NCBI RefSeq assembly: GCF_009914755.1
Contig: NC_060926.1
Length of the DNA: 64,000 nt
Strand: one strand, 5' to 3'
Origin: the human T2T-CHM13v2.0 reference genome, Homo sapiens
This document shows, piece after piece, positions 15,089 through 29,822 of the stretch (the stretch's first letter is position 1; the number at the start of each line of letters is the position of its first letter). The position numbers and the translations under genes are program-made. The notes under the pieces are model-generated. The model saw only the letters and a list, made by a program, of their open reading frames with translations. It searched no databases and was not told the DNA's origin.

Positions 15089-15959
15089 TTACTGAAATTT
15101 AAGAGAACATGCATGTAGAGTTGGTCCACACTGCACACAGAAGCCTAACAATACTTGTAAGCGAAATTTAAACTATTCCTCTAATAATTCACTGGGTATC
15201 ACTACTAACAACCTTGATAACTACCATAAAAGATGGCAAATCCCACTGTGCTCTTCTTTATATGAAAAGATTACTAAGCACCTGACATGATGACATAGCT
15301 AAGTTGCTTCTGAATTCCTAGTAATAGATTTGTGTTAATCTTATGTCCTCAGTGTCCTTTCTGACCAGTAATAATTGTTTCCAGGACAATTATTATTTAG
15401 TTAAAGTAAACGGCTAAGTTGCTGGTGAGATACTCTGGTGAAATGACAAAAAAAAAAAGGCTTTGGACTTTAAAGACCCACCTCTCCCCCTTAGTTCTGG
15501 TACTTAATAGCAATGTAAATCTAAGCAAGTTGTCGCATGTTTCTGAGCCATAATTTGGTGGCTTACACACTAGAAATGGAAATATGCCAGGAACTGTGCT
15601 TCCAGACGCTTTTACACATATTCCTTTGCTAAATCTTTCTAACTACCATCCATGGACTATGCAAGGCAATATGTGTCGAAGCACTTAATGAATAATTTTC
15701 TGACCTATAAGAGTCTATGCCTATTGAATAGATGGAAGTTCCAAGAACTGAAATATTATACATAGGCATGGAAGAAATTCTTGTGGTCTAAATTCTTAGG
15801 GCAAGATTGCAGACAACAGAACTATAACATTCTGGAAAAAAAGAATTTTCAATATTACCACTTGGCTTAGATCAGTATGTCAAACTCCAAGGTTTCAATC
15901 AGGGTTTGGGTGTGCTTCTCTACATAAAGAAAGCTGAAATGCCTTTAGAAGTCAGCTAA

Positions 15960-16385
15960 TCAAGTGAAATAAGCTAGACACAGAAAGACAATACTGTCTC
16001 ACTTACATTAGAATAAACAACAGTCGAAAACTCACAGAAGCAGAAAGTAGGACAGCAGTTGCCAGGGACTAGGGTGAGGGAGATATTGGTCAAAGGGCAC
16101 GAACTTTCTGTTAATAAGATGAGTAAGTTCTAGGGTTCTAATGTACAGCATGGTGGCTACTATTAGTAATACTGTATTGTTTACTTGAAATTGGTAAAAG
16201 AACAGATTCTAAGTGTCCTCACCACACTCATGCACACAGGCATACACACAAATGGTTAACTATGGGTGTTGAAGGTTTATGGTTGTTAATTAACTTGACT
16301 ATGGTAATCAGGACACAATGTACCTGTATATAAAATCATTATATTGTACACCTTGAATATATATAGTTTGTGTCAATTTTTAAAA
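15960..16385 (+). mobile_element. L1MA-type 3' end
   Basis: aagtgaaataagctagacacagaaagac ... ctaatgtacagcatggtggctac ... tgtacaccttgaatatata. Confidence 0.8.
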
Positions 16386-16478
16386 GTGGGGTAAAGAAAG
16401 TCAGTGAATCTTCTAACAAAAGTATAAAGTAATTTCTCCAAGATCACAAGCATAACTTGAGTAAGAAACCAAGTCTCA

Positions 16479-16770
16479 GTCCGGGCGCAGAGGCTCACGC
16501 CTGTAATCCCAGCACTTTGGGAGGCCGAGGCGGGTGGATCACAAGGTCAGGAGATCGAGACCATTCTGGCTAACACGGTGAAACCCCGTCTCTACTAAAA
16601 ATACAAAAGATTAGCCGGGCGTGGTGGCGGGCGCCTGTAGTCCCAGCTACTTGGGAGGCTGAGGCAGGAGAATGGCGTGAACCCAGGAGGCAGAGCTTGC
16701 AGTGAGCCGACATCACCACTGCACTCCAGCCTGGGCGACAGAGCGAGACTCCATCTCAAAAAAAAAAAAA
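16479..16770 (+). mobile_element. AluY with 15-bp TSD AAGAAACCAAGTCTC
   Basis: AluY diagnostics gagatcgagacca..ggctaacacgg, aatggcgtgaacc and gagcttgcag; TSD at 16463-16477 and 16771-16785. Confidence 0.93.
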
Positions 16771-17033
16771 AAGAAACCAAGTCTCTTAATTCCTGGCAGG
16801 TGCTTGTTACACTACAAAAAATGCTAAAGCCTACATGTTTTTCCTGCAATCAGAAAGAACTGGGATTAAGTCCTTGTTCTGCCACCAAAAAGGATGATTT
16901 TCAGTGGCTCCTTGTTGCCAATATAGGAATGATGATAATAAAGCTCCCCACTTAACTCTCAGGGTAGTCACTAAATTTAAAGGAAAAAATATGTGCAGAA
17001 TCCTAAAACTACTAAATAACTGGGTGTGTGGTG

Positions 17034-17323
17034 TTTTGTTTTTGATTTTTTTGTTTTTTGAAACAGCATCTCACTTTGTCACCCAGGCTAGACTGCAGTG
17101 GCTACGATCAAGGCTCAATTGCTAAGCTCTAGCAATCCTCCCACCCCAGCCTCCCAAGCAGCTAGGAGTATGCCACCTCGCTCGGCTAATTTTTCTATTT
17201 TTTTGTAGAGACAGGATTTTGCCAACTTCCCAAGGCTAGTCTCAAAATCCTGGGCTCAACTAATCCCCCTACTTCAGCCTCCCAAAGTGTTGGGATTACA
17301 GGTGTAAGCCACCACACCCAGCC
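17034..17323 (-). mobile_element. AluJ-like
   Basis: Diverged reverse Alu. Confidence 0.85.
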
Positions 17324-18165
17324 TAAATAAATGTTAATAGGAGCAATAATAACTTAATTTTTTTCAGCTGTATCAAAATACTGTAATAATACATAATCCT
17401 GAAAAGTTTCTCAGATGATAGATTTTTCAGTGTTTGAAAACTGGCCACCAAATTGACTGCAGCTACAAGATTCTTATTCTTACAGGAAACCCTTCACCCC
17501 ATCTTCTAAGCCTCAAATATGTTTCATTCTCTTAGTTCTTCATTTTTCCAGTAACATTTATCAGAAGGAGGAGTATGTTCTGCTCATTTACATTATCTAT
17601 TTTGCTGGCATTTTTAACTTACATTATCTTTCTAACTGAAACTAAAGCAGGCTCAAGAAAACCTGGGATCCCACCTTCTGCTCAATCACTCGCTCAGGCA
17701 GCCTGAGAGAGCAGACAAAGAAAGATATTCTGTTCAGTAACTATAGTCAGATGGGGGGATAGAAGCACTTACCAATAAGAAGGAAAGACTGATCTATCTG
17801 AACAAATTCTAATAAAAAATACAATTCACATTTCTTTTCACAAGAAAAAGATTAAAATAATCTTACATTAACTTAGATATAAATAGATTCCAAACCTCTG
17901 TGAACACAGAAAGTCTAAACTAAGACTAAATAATCTAATAAAAATATTTCAATATAGCCATGAGAAAGTTGATCAATCTAGAGGAAAGTCTCCATTTAAA
18001 AAGTTTAATGAGAATTATAACAGCTCACCAACTATCAGGAATGATATATGATTTGCCTGAACAACTTTCACCAACTATGACTGTTTCATTCCACAGGATT
18101 TTACACTCTAGCCACGGCACTCACTTTATTAGGAGGCAACTGCTTCCTCTTTGAAAAGTAAGTTC

Positions 18166-18476
<311 letters not shown>

Positions 18477-18787
18477 TCAACCACTTCACTCAACTGGCAT
18501 TTGGGCTTTCTGATCAGCCCTTCTTTATGTATTTTATCCCTTTCACATTCTCATTTCTATGTTTTCTAAATATGCCCAGGGATATAGATCCATATTCATT
18601 ACAGGTTATTTCCTGAAAGTCAGGCCAACTGGCTAGAGATGCATTATTCTAAGTGATAACTTTTCACTTGTGCCACAGAGATAAATACTAGTAAGATGAG
18701 CCATGAGGAAGTAATTATAAATATCTTTCTTGGAGGTTGGTGATGGCTAAATTTGCAGCCAGAAAAATTCAACAGAAACTTGATTAT

Positions 18788-18830
18788 TATACAGGGCACA
18801 TGCCCTCAGGACCTCCTGAGGCTGTGTCAC

Positions 18831-18861
<31 letters not shown>

Positions 18862-18901
18862 GAAAAAAATATATATATATGTTTTTTAAAAGAAAAAAAA
18901 A
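18788..18901 (+). mobile_element. Short retroposed insert (MER4-group LTR-like hairpin plus poly(A)) with TSD
   Basis: 46-nt body, A28 run and A/AT-rich tail, flanked by AGA(A/C)ACTTGATTAT at 18774-18787 and 18902-18915. Confidence 0.75.
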
Positions 18902-20963
18902 AGACACTTGATTATCCTATTGTTGAAAACTCTTGGTTCCACTTTGTCTGATCCCCAAATATCTTTGATTTTCTGAAGAGATGTATTTATTCCTCATGAA
19001 ACACAGCACATCCTCCATCACTGCAGTCACTTTCTTCTGTGATTTCTACCATTTTATACGTGACTTTCACTGGACAAAGAACAAGTTCATTGCACTAATA
19101 AGAATGTTACTTTCTTACCTTACACTAAAGAAACTATAAAGAATACATACAGCCATTTCTCTGTTATATAAAAGAAGACTGTAGAATATATACTTTACTA
19201 TCTTTCAGGACCTACTGCAAAGAAGAATATATTGTTTTTAAAAATTGTAAAACTGACAATCTTTTGCACTCTCAGAACACACAATATAAAAGCATAAACT
19301 TTTATATTTTTTCAGACAAAACCTTCATCGATTAAAAAATTCACTCTCTTTTAGCAATGTTATTCGTGTAAAAACTGGCAACTAATTTTTAAACAGCAGC
19401 TAAGAATTTTTAGAAAATAAACACAGTATAGTACTTACAAAAGCTGAATATGGAAGGGTTATAGTATAAAAAAGGATATTTTAAAAGGAGGACAGAAACC
19501 CTCTATTCTAATCCCAGCCTAATCACACCTAGACGTGGAAGCTAAGGTCAGTCACTGAATGTCTGTGTGGCCCTCAGTTCCTTCATTCACGTAATGTGAG
19601 CTTTCAGTACAGCACTTTTAAAATCTAAATTCTGAGATTCTAAGACAAGATGGATTTGAGATAAAGCCCATTTTCTACTATTTCAACTGCTACAACCATA
19701 GAAAGAAATTACCTAACTCTTTTATGTTTACTAAGTAGTAAAAATGTAGTAATCAATTCAACTGTGACATGGTTGTGGAAAGCAGATTAACCTGATGAAC
19801 AAACATTTCAACTGGTACCAAAAAAATTTTCATACTTGTGTAAAGGTGGACAATACTAACATGCCTGAAGAGTTTGATGGAATGATGTAAACTTTCTGTG
19901 GTTCCAAAACACTGGGTTATAGGTTACCTTTTGGAGCTTTCAGACTGGAGGATATACAAAGAGTTAATCAAACTAGCATATTGTTTTCACAAAGATTTTT
20001 CTAAAAAGGATTTAGAGACTTTTATAGCCAGAAACAATTAGGGAATACTTGTTTCACTATTTCCTTTAAACCAGAAGACGGCTGTACATTTAAAATAAAA
20101 TTGCAATATGAAAGTCTGCTAAAAGCACTTTTTTTGTTGTTTGTGCATTCTGTTTGTCACCCAATGTCACACTAACAATTCTGCATCTCATTCCAAAGCA
20201 CATTATACTTCGAGATAAAATGAAAAAGACCATTTTTTGTTTCCCCAAGGGGAAAGTACTTCTGTTAAAAGCATCTTTTTATGAGACTACTCTTTCTGAA
20301 TTACCAATAATGCAAACCGAAGAATTAGATACTGTACTCTAAAATTTAATATTTGTTCAATTCTTATTCATATCCTATAGACATCCCATGTGTACAAGGG
20401 AAAAGTATGATAAATGCTTAAACGTACTTAAGAACCTGAAAGATTGAACATTTTTGTCCTTCAATCAGCAGGCTGTCAGGTCATGAGTACTCATTTCACA
20501 ATAAAAGTTTTCCTGCCTTTCCTATTATTCTAACTAAGCTCAGTTAAAAAGAAATAGATTGGCCCACAAAGAAAATGACCATACTTTTTGTTTTCATGAA
20601 CCTAATTGTATATACAACTTTATCTTTATTAAAGGTAGACAATCTGATTTCAAACACTATATATAAAATCAAGAACTAAAGAGTTTTTTTAAGAACTTAA
20701 AAAAACTACGTTCATTAAGTTTGAATATCAAGATCAGAGATGAAATAAGAAATGAAATTAATGAAATTCAGATGAAAGAAATCCATCATGTTTTGTTTTT
20801 TAAAATGCTTACACATAATACTTCATGATGACTTAAAACAATTCCATTATCTCATAATACTCAGGAATAAGTATGCTTTTCCAAAGAATCCAATTAGATG
20901 TGCGTGCAAACTGTCATACTGGCTCTGGGAACCATTACAAATCGGTAAAAGGCAAAATCTAAC

Positions 20964-21071
20964 CTTGAACATTTTTTTCCTTCCGACGTCCAACTAGCAA
21001 TGGCCAGAAATAGTGAGGTCTGATAGGAAAACCTTCCTCCTTCACAGCCTTCATTAAGGCTTTTGCCAAAT
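20964..21071 (-). CDS. LRPPRC: LRPPRC exon 11 (c.1262-1369) [35 protein letters not shown]
   Basis: Acceptor ctttcag| after an 80-nt intron, donor AAG|gttaga; 108 nt. Confidence 0.97.
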
Positions 21072-21151
21072 CTGAAAGAGATATCATAAAAGATCACAAA
21101 GCTACCTCAGCAAAACTTCCTTACTTGGCTTTAACTTTAAGAATGTAGTAC

Positions 21152-21257
21152 CAGTTTTATTGGCGAGTAAAGCACAATGGAGGGTGAACTGCAGAGGAAA
21201 GGAGTGCATCTGGACTTCCTTTAACTTCTTACAGTAGTCTGTTAGCTTCTCCACAGG
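21152..21257 (-). CDS. LRPPRC: LRPPRC exon 10 (c.1156-1261) [35 protein letters not shown]
   Basis: Acceptor ttcccacag|, donor TG|gtacta; 106 nt. Confidence 0.97.
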
Positions 21258-21464
21258 CTGTGGGAAAAAAGTCACCACATTAGCTGGATTGGCAAACACC
21301 CCACCGTTTGACCTGCTGCAAATATTCTACCACTTCTGAGATGAGCATTTTAAACCCCGCATCCTCTTTCTACCCAAAAATCTTGCAACACAAGAACATT
21401 GTTATGATGTTTACAACTGGTCTAATCTTATAAATGTTCCTATACTTTAAAGAATCTTATTTCA

Positions 21465-21752
<288 letters not shown>

Positions 21753-21970
21753 TCAAAAGCATATAACTGCCTAAATAACAATAAAACACCTGCAAATCAA
21801 ATCATCCCCATGTGTTCATTAACTCATGTTTTTGGGCTTATTTAACTGACTTTAAGAGTTCTATGTTCAACTCCCACAATGCCCATTGTTAGAAAATGTC
21901 CTTTCCATCATGTAAGAATAGCAATTCAGATTTTTATAAAAATCATGTAAATAGATTTTTTTAAAACTAC

Positions 21971-22115
21971 CTGGAATATATCTTCTTTCACATGTAACTT
22001 TTTCCAAAATTTCTGAGACATACTGAGGATACCCAGCTTTACTGAAGCTAAAAATAATTTGCAGTAAATCACGGTCCATAAGGTGAAGCTCGGACTTCTC
22101 CACCTTCTCCAGAGT
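21971..22115 (-). CDS. LRPPRC: LRPPRC exon 8 (c.865-1009) [48 protein letters not shown]
   Basis: Acceptor ctctatag|, donor CAG|gtagtt; 145 nt; overlaps ORF 21867..22103. Confidence 0.97.
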
Positions 22116-22444
22116 CTATAGAGAGTTCCAGAAATTAGAAGACAAAGTTAGAGTGTTTTTATTTAAGTATTAAAGCTAAATAAAATATCCAGATTCAAAA
22201 AACTAGGGAAAAATACCACCTAAAGGTTTACGACTTCTTTTAAAAAACAGGAAATACTCTACTTCAACAGTAACTGTTACATACCAGCACCGAGATACTA
22301 AACTATAATAATTCTCCATAAATACTACTTTCTGCAAGGAAACATCTTTGAAAACAGGTATAAACTTCACTTTCCTGCCTCATGTAAAACATAACACAAA
22401 TTTTTACAAATGATTTTAAAGTATGTTTATTTAGACATAAGTCA

Positions 22445-22618
<174 letters not shown>

Positions 22619-22817
22619 TTAATATAGTTATTCAAACTAAAACATATGCTTATTAAAATAAAAAATGCTAAGTACCATTTGGAATTATGATGTCAGAAAA
22701 GAACTAATGTATATTAAACTGGATATATGTTTCTGAAATAATAAAGATCATAAACATCTGATCCCCCATTAAAAAATAATAATAATTACATAGACATTAA
22801 ATAACATACCCTCTTAA

Positions 22818-23291
<474 letters not shown>

Positions 23292-23498
23292 TAAAAGCTC
23301 ATTATAAAAATATTAGTATGCTCTACCTCATATACTACAGATTTTTTTTTGAAGGGATAGACAAATGTATTTTAAGAACTGTCTACAATAATTTTCTCTA
23401 ATTTAAACCCCACTTAACAAACAAAAAAGGAGTAAAATGACCACTTTAGCATCTCAGCCATCTATCACTTAAGAACCAAAACCTTAGGTTGAACATTA

Positions 23499-23609
<111 letters not shown>

Positions 23610-24350
23610 TCATTGAAAGTATTTATAAGAACACTCTTTACAACATGTACAGAATTAGGCCTTGAGTTACTTTTGTTTTTAAAATATAATAGTAATATAC
23701 ATTTGTTTTAGAAACCACAAAGAAAGAACTAATCCCTTTGATCCCCTTCCCACAAAACCCCACTCTCTAATGTATCAACAGTCTTGAAGTACTATCAATA
23801 CAAATACTAGATTTTTAAAAATCTGATTATCTGATTTGTCTTACACTACTAATTACCCTTTTAAAAGCATAGTTTCATAAGATTCTTTTAGATAAAAATG
23901 AAATTATGTATTCCAATTTATCCCTTATTTTCCAAACCTTCCATTCATAAGTAGTAATAAATTTTACATAAGCAGAGAAATGGTGCAACTGATTTTCTAC
24001 ACTACTTCCAGTTTTATAAATGAATACAGCTTAAATGGTTAAGAACATTTCCCTTAGGAAATATTTAAAAAAAAAAAAAAACAAGCAAAGTCAGCTTTAT
24101 AGCTCAACAACTTTATACCTCTCTCCAGTAAATCAAATTTTTAATTAAAATAGCAACTTTTACTTATCTTTTCTCTCTTACACGATAATTTTATATTTTA
24201 TGTAAGTCAGATTACCAGATTTTCTAGATTAAAACAGTTCTGAAACAATTTCCTCCATTAGGAAGAAGCTTTAAAACAAAGAGTGAACAGACATTAGATT
24301 TACAAAATGTACAAATTTGTTCGCTTAAACATGTTCATACAGATCCATAC

Positions 24351-24409
24351 CTGGCACCTTCAATATCTCCTACATTACAATAAGAAGCAATCAATCTCTG
24401 GTATGTCAC
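24351..24409 (-). CDS. LRPPRC: LRPPRC exon 5 (c.592-650) VTYQRLIASYCNVGDIEGA
   Basis: Acceptor ttgacag|, donor CAG|gtatgg; 59 nt; PPR motif. Confidence 0.97.
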
Positions 24410-24415
24410 CTGTCA

Positions 24416-24646
<231 letters not shown>

Positions 24647-25859
24647 TTAAAATGAATTTTTAGAAAAGCATTGAAAATCCTATGCTTTAAAGTGGACCTA
24701 AATTTAACAAACAAAAAGAGTAAAACTATCACTTTAGCATTTCACCCATCCATCTTGGCGCTCAGACCTATCTACACAGATACTCTGTCACACAGAGCAA
24801 GCTAAGCATGTAAGACAGTAATTACTGAGTTACTGTATAGTTACAAGTAACTGCCTATTCGGATATTAAAAGGCCTCTTACTTATGAAGCACAAAATTAT
24901 CTTCCTGTTAGAAAACGCTGACAATATCCCTATACTTAAAAGTGACTGTAAGATTTTTCTATATAAAGCAGTCCTCACATTACAGACACACTGTGAAGAA
25001 TGGATTGTAACTTCAGTTCTTTCACACAGTAGGACTGTGCTGGCAATTCTGTCACTCAAAGCCTTCATTTTAAGGATGCATTCCATTTTCAGCTGATGAA
25101 CATGATCTATGGTATGCTCTTGTTAATTATCTGTATTCTAATGACCTTTGTTTTCTTTGTATCCCTACTGTTTAGGGCCACATCAAATAAGGTTACCACA
25201 CAGCCTTACTCTACTCAGTCATGACATCATGGTCTTTATATCAATTTTGTGGTAACATGTCTCACTACATTTTCATGCATTAAATTTCACATCTTTATTC
25301 AACTGCCTGTGACCATACAGGCCTATGGTTAGTATCTGGGGGTGAGAGTATGTGATTTTAGGCAGCAGAGAGCTGTTCCATTAAATTAATACACATTTTT
25401 ATCTTAACAGATATGTTTCTTTCATACTATGTTTCAGGCACTATGCTAAGTGTTCCACATATAGTGGCTCACTCAAACTTCACAACAACTTTGAGACACT
25501 ATTATCAGCCCCATCTTACAGATAGCTCAGATCTGTCAACAGCTCATTCTGTAATTTTGGACAAGTTACTTAAGCTAAAAGATCTCTTGTATCTTTATAA
25601 ATCTGTAAACAAGAGTCAAACTGGCAAACTACAAGGTTTCTGGCAATATTAATTCAACAAGTATGTATCAAATGCCATTATACACAAAGCATCATGCTAC
25701 TGTCAAACAGGAAAATAAAGAAGCCATGGATTCCATCCTTATAAAGCAGACACTTATACAGGAGAGACCTATCTGTAAAGAATGTTAATATAATAACACA
25801 TTGTTAATCTTTATATGGAGGAATTAATGTTATTACTGCTGTGTAATGCTTTTTTCTAT

Positions 25860-26940
25860 TTTAGAATGTAACCTTTTCTGCATATATTTCTCCCAGTTCA
25901 ATGACTTACTGACATACAGAAATTTCTAATTTTTAGAGATTCAATATTTTAGCTTTACTTTTCTGCTCCTTTTATACTTATAAAATCCTTTTCCATTCTG
26001 AAAGTCAACATTTATCTATATAGTTTTTAACTTAAAAAAAAATCAACTTATCAAAATGTATTCTAGATGTATTCAAAACTGTGAAGGAAGAATCTGTCTT
26101 TATCCTGTAGTTTTTTTCACATAGGTCCTACTCACTTTTTGAAGGATAGTCCTAAATATTTTATTTATTTGTAGCTATACTTTCTTGGATTCTTTTCTCT
26201 ATTTTCTTTTATAACTAGAAGAGGTATGGATTCTTAAACATTTAGTGAGTCCAGCTAATTACTGTGAGCTGATTTTCTGGGATTTTGCAGATTAAACAAT
26301 CACATCATCTAAAAATAATAACTTCTTGTATTGTTTCACATCTTATTTCATTGCATTATACATGATTGTTGTCGGTTTTAGATTTTTAACACATTAAAGA
26401 AGCATCTTTCTATACTTTAAGATTTTTTTAAATCAGGAATGAACATTAAATTGTATTAAACCATCTTTTTTCAAATTATTTTTTGAATACGTACTATGTT
26501 ACATGACATAAAACTGAAAAGGTATAAAAAGGTCAAGTAAAACCTGTATCCAGTGTTCATCATCCTTCTAGAAATATTTTAATATTGTATACACATGCAC
26601 GTGTAAAAACACTTTTCTTCAAAATGGTATCATTCTATACATACTGGTCTACACCTTAATTTTTATTTATACTCTGGAGAACACCCCCATTGGCATATAA
26701 AGAGCTTCTTCATTTCTTAAAACAGTTACACAGTAATCTATTTTACGGGTACTCCATAATTTATTTACCTAATCCCCTAGAGAAGAATATTTGAATTGGT
26801 TCCAATTTCTTACTATTACAAACAAGCTACAATGAAGAATATCCTTTTGCATATGTGAGTATATCTGTACCTAAATTCGAACAAATGGAACTGCTCGGTC
26901 AAATGGTATGTGCATTTATAACTTTGACAGACAAACCGGC
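25860..26940 (-). mobile_element. Old L1M fragments
   Basis: aacaatcacatcatctaaaaataataac and ggaactgctcggtcaaatggtatgtgcatttataactttgacaga are antisense L1M motifs. Confidence 0.6.
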
Positions 26941-27171
26941 TATTTTCTTCTTTTTCTTTTTTAACTTACCGTACTTGTAAGTAATACTTGTTATGAAAAA
27001 TTATTTATTGTTAATGCCCCTAGATGTCACTATACCTCACCAAATAAATATTATCAAAAAATTATGAATCAAGTAGCCCTTCCATAAAACTGAATTACAG
27101 CATTTATGTAAACAAACACTTTTTTGCAAAAAGAAAAAACATCTACACCTTTTATACACATCATATATTTA

Positions 27172-27333
<162 letters not shown>

Positions 27334-27642
27334 TTAACATAGCAGCAATATCACATAGATAAATATCAAAATTTAAACAGAAATCTATAAGCATTCAAAA
27401 ATCTTCTGGCTCAAACTGAGAGTAACCATAAATTAGAAAAATCCTATCCTAATGTACAGTGTTACTAAGTTACAAGTCAAACTTTAAATATTAGTCTGCT
27501 TTCTTAAGAAATCTAAGGTTATAAAATCTATGTAATCTGCAAAACTCTATCAAATACAAAAATACAAAGAACCTACTTTATAGGCAGTGCTTGCTACAAT
27601 TCAAAGGCTAAACTTCCCAGTATCTTATGAAAACAGTATAAA

Positions 27643-27962
<320 letters not shown>

Positions 27963-28663
27963 ATACTGTAAAGCAGTGTAATTAACATCTATGAATAGAA
28001 AAGTTAGGTTCATAATCAGCTACAATATAAGCTTCCCTCTCCCTATATCTGTAAGCTTTATCTACATATCCCTGAAAGCTGACTTTAAAACAAAGCAAAA
28101 ATAAACCACTTAGTATGATTCCATTTATATGAAATATCTAGAGTAGGGCAAACCTACAGGGACAGAAAATACGCTAGTTGTTGCCTAGGGCTGGAAGGGA
28201 TGAGGAGTTGGGTAATTTCTTTTTGGGGTGATGAAAATGTTCCAAAACTGATTGTAGTGATGGTTGAATAAATAAGTCAGAGAGAGAATGTGACACAGGT
28301 CTTTAAATGTACATAACTATAGTAATAATTAATACTTCTTTGGTATCTCTCACCATCAGATTTTATATCTACACTTCTGAGTGTGTCTGAAACCCACGAA
28401 TAGGCTTTAGGAAGCTACAGAATCCTCTTAAACTGCATGCAAAATTATGCATATGTTTGCATGAGGCTTTTGGGGGTCGGGGGCAGGGAGTGAAAGACCT
28501 ATAGCTTGCATCAGGCATTAGTGACTCAAACAGATTTTTAGTAGCTAATTGAAAATGAAAGGAAAATAATGGAAAGCTGTCTTATATGATCATCTTACAG
28601 AAACCTGACACTCTACAATGGAAGGTAAGAAAAACTAGTTATCTTCCAAGAAACTTACTACTA

Positions 28664-29080
<417 letters not shown>

Positions 29081-29178
29081 TCACAATCATAACATAAATG
29101 ACAATCAACAGAATATAACAAAGAAAATTAAAGTATCAAATAATCTACTGTGTAATGAGCTTACCCTCAAGTATTTAT

Positions 29179-29252
29179 TTAGGTTGATGCAAAAGTAATT
29201 GCAGCCATTATGTTTAATGGCAAAAACTGCAATTACTTTTGCACCAACCTAA
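29179..29252. mobile_element. MADE1 mariner (Hsmar1)-derived MITE
   Basis: TTAGGTTGATGCAAAAGTAATTGC...GCAATTACTTTTGCACCAACCTAA inverted termini match MADE1; 74 bp with a small internal deletion. Confidence 0.93.
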
Positions 29253-29258
29253 ATTTAA

Positions 29259-29822
<564 letters not shown>

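Noticed and set aside
18788-18833. Possible known snoRNA retrocopy (e.g. U13, which also contains GGGCACAT near its 3' end)
   Set aside because: The match is only about 8 nt. The rest fits the MER4-group LTR motif far better, and no C/D boxes are present.
24755-24915. Possible degenerate duplicate of exon 6 next to the 52-bp repeat
   Set aside because: Only patchy similarity (ctgtcaca), with no alignable frame or splice sites.
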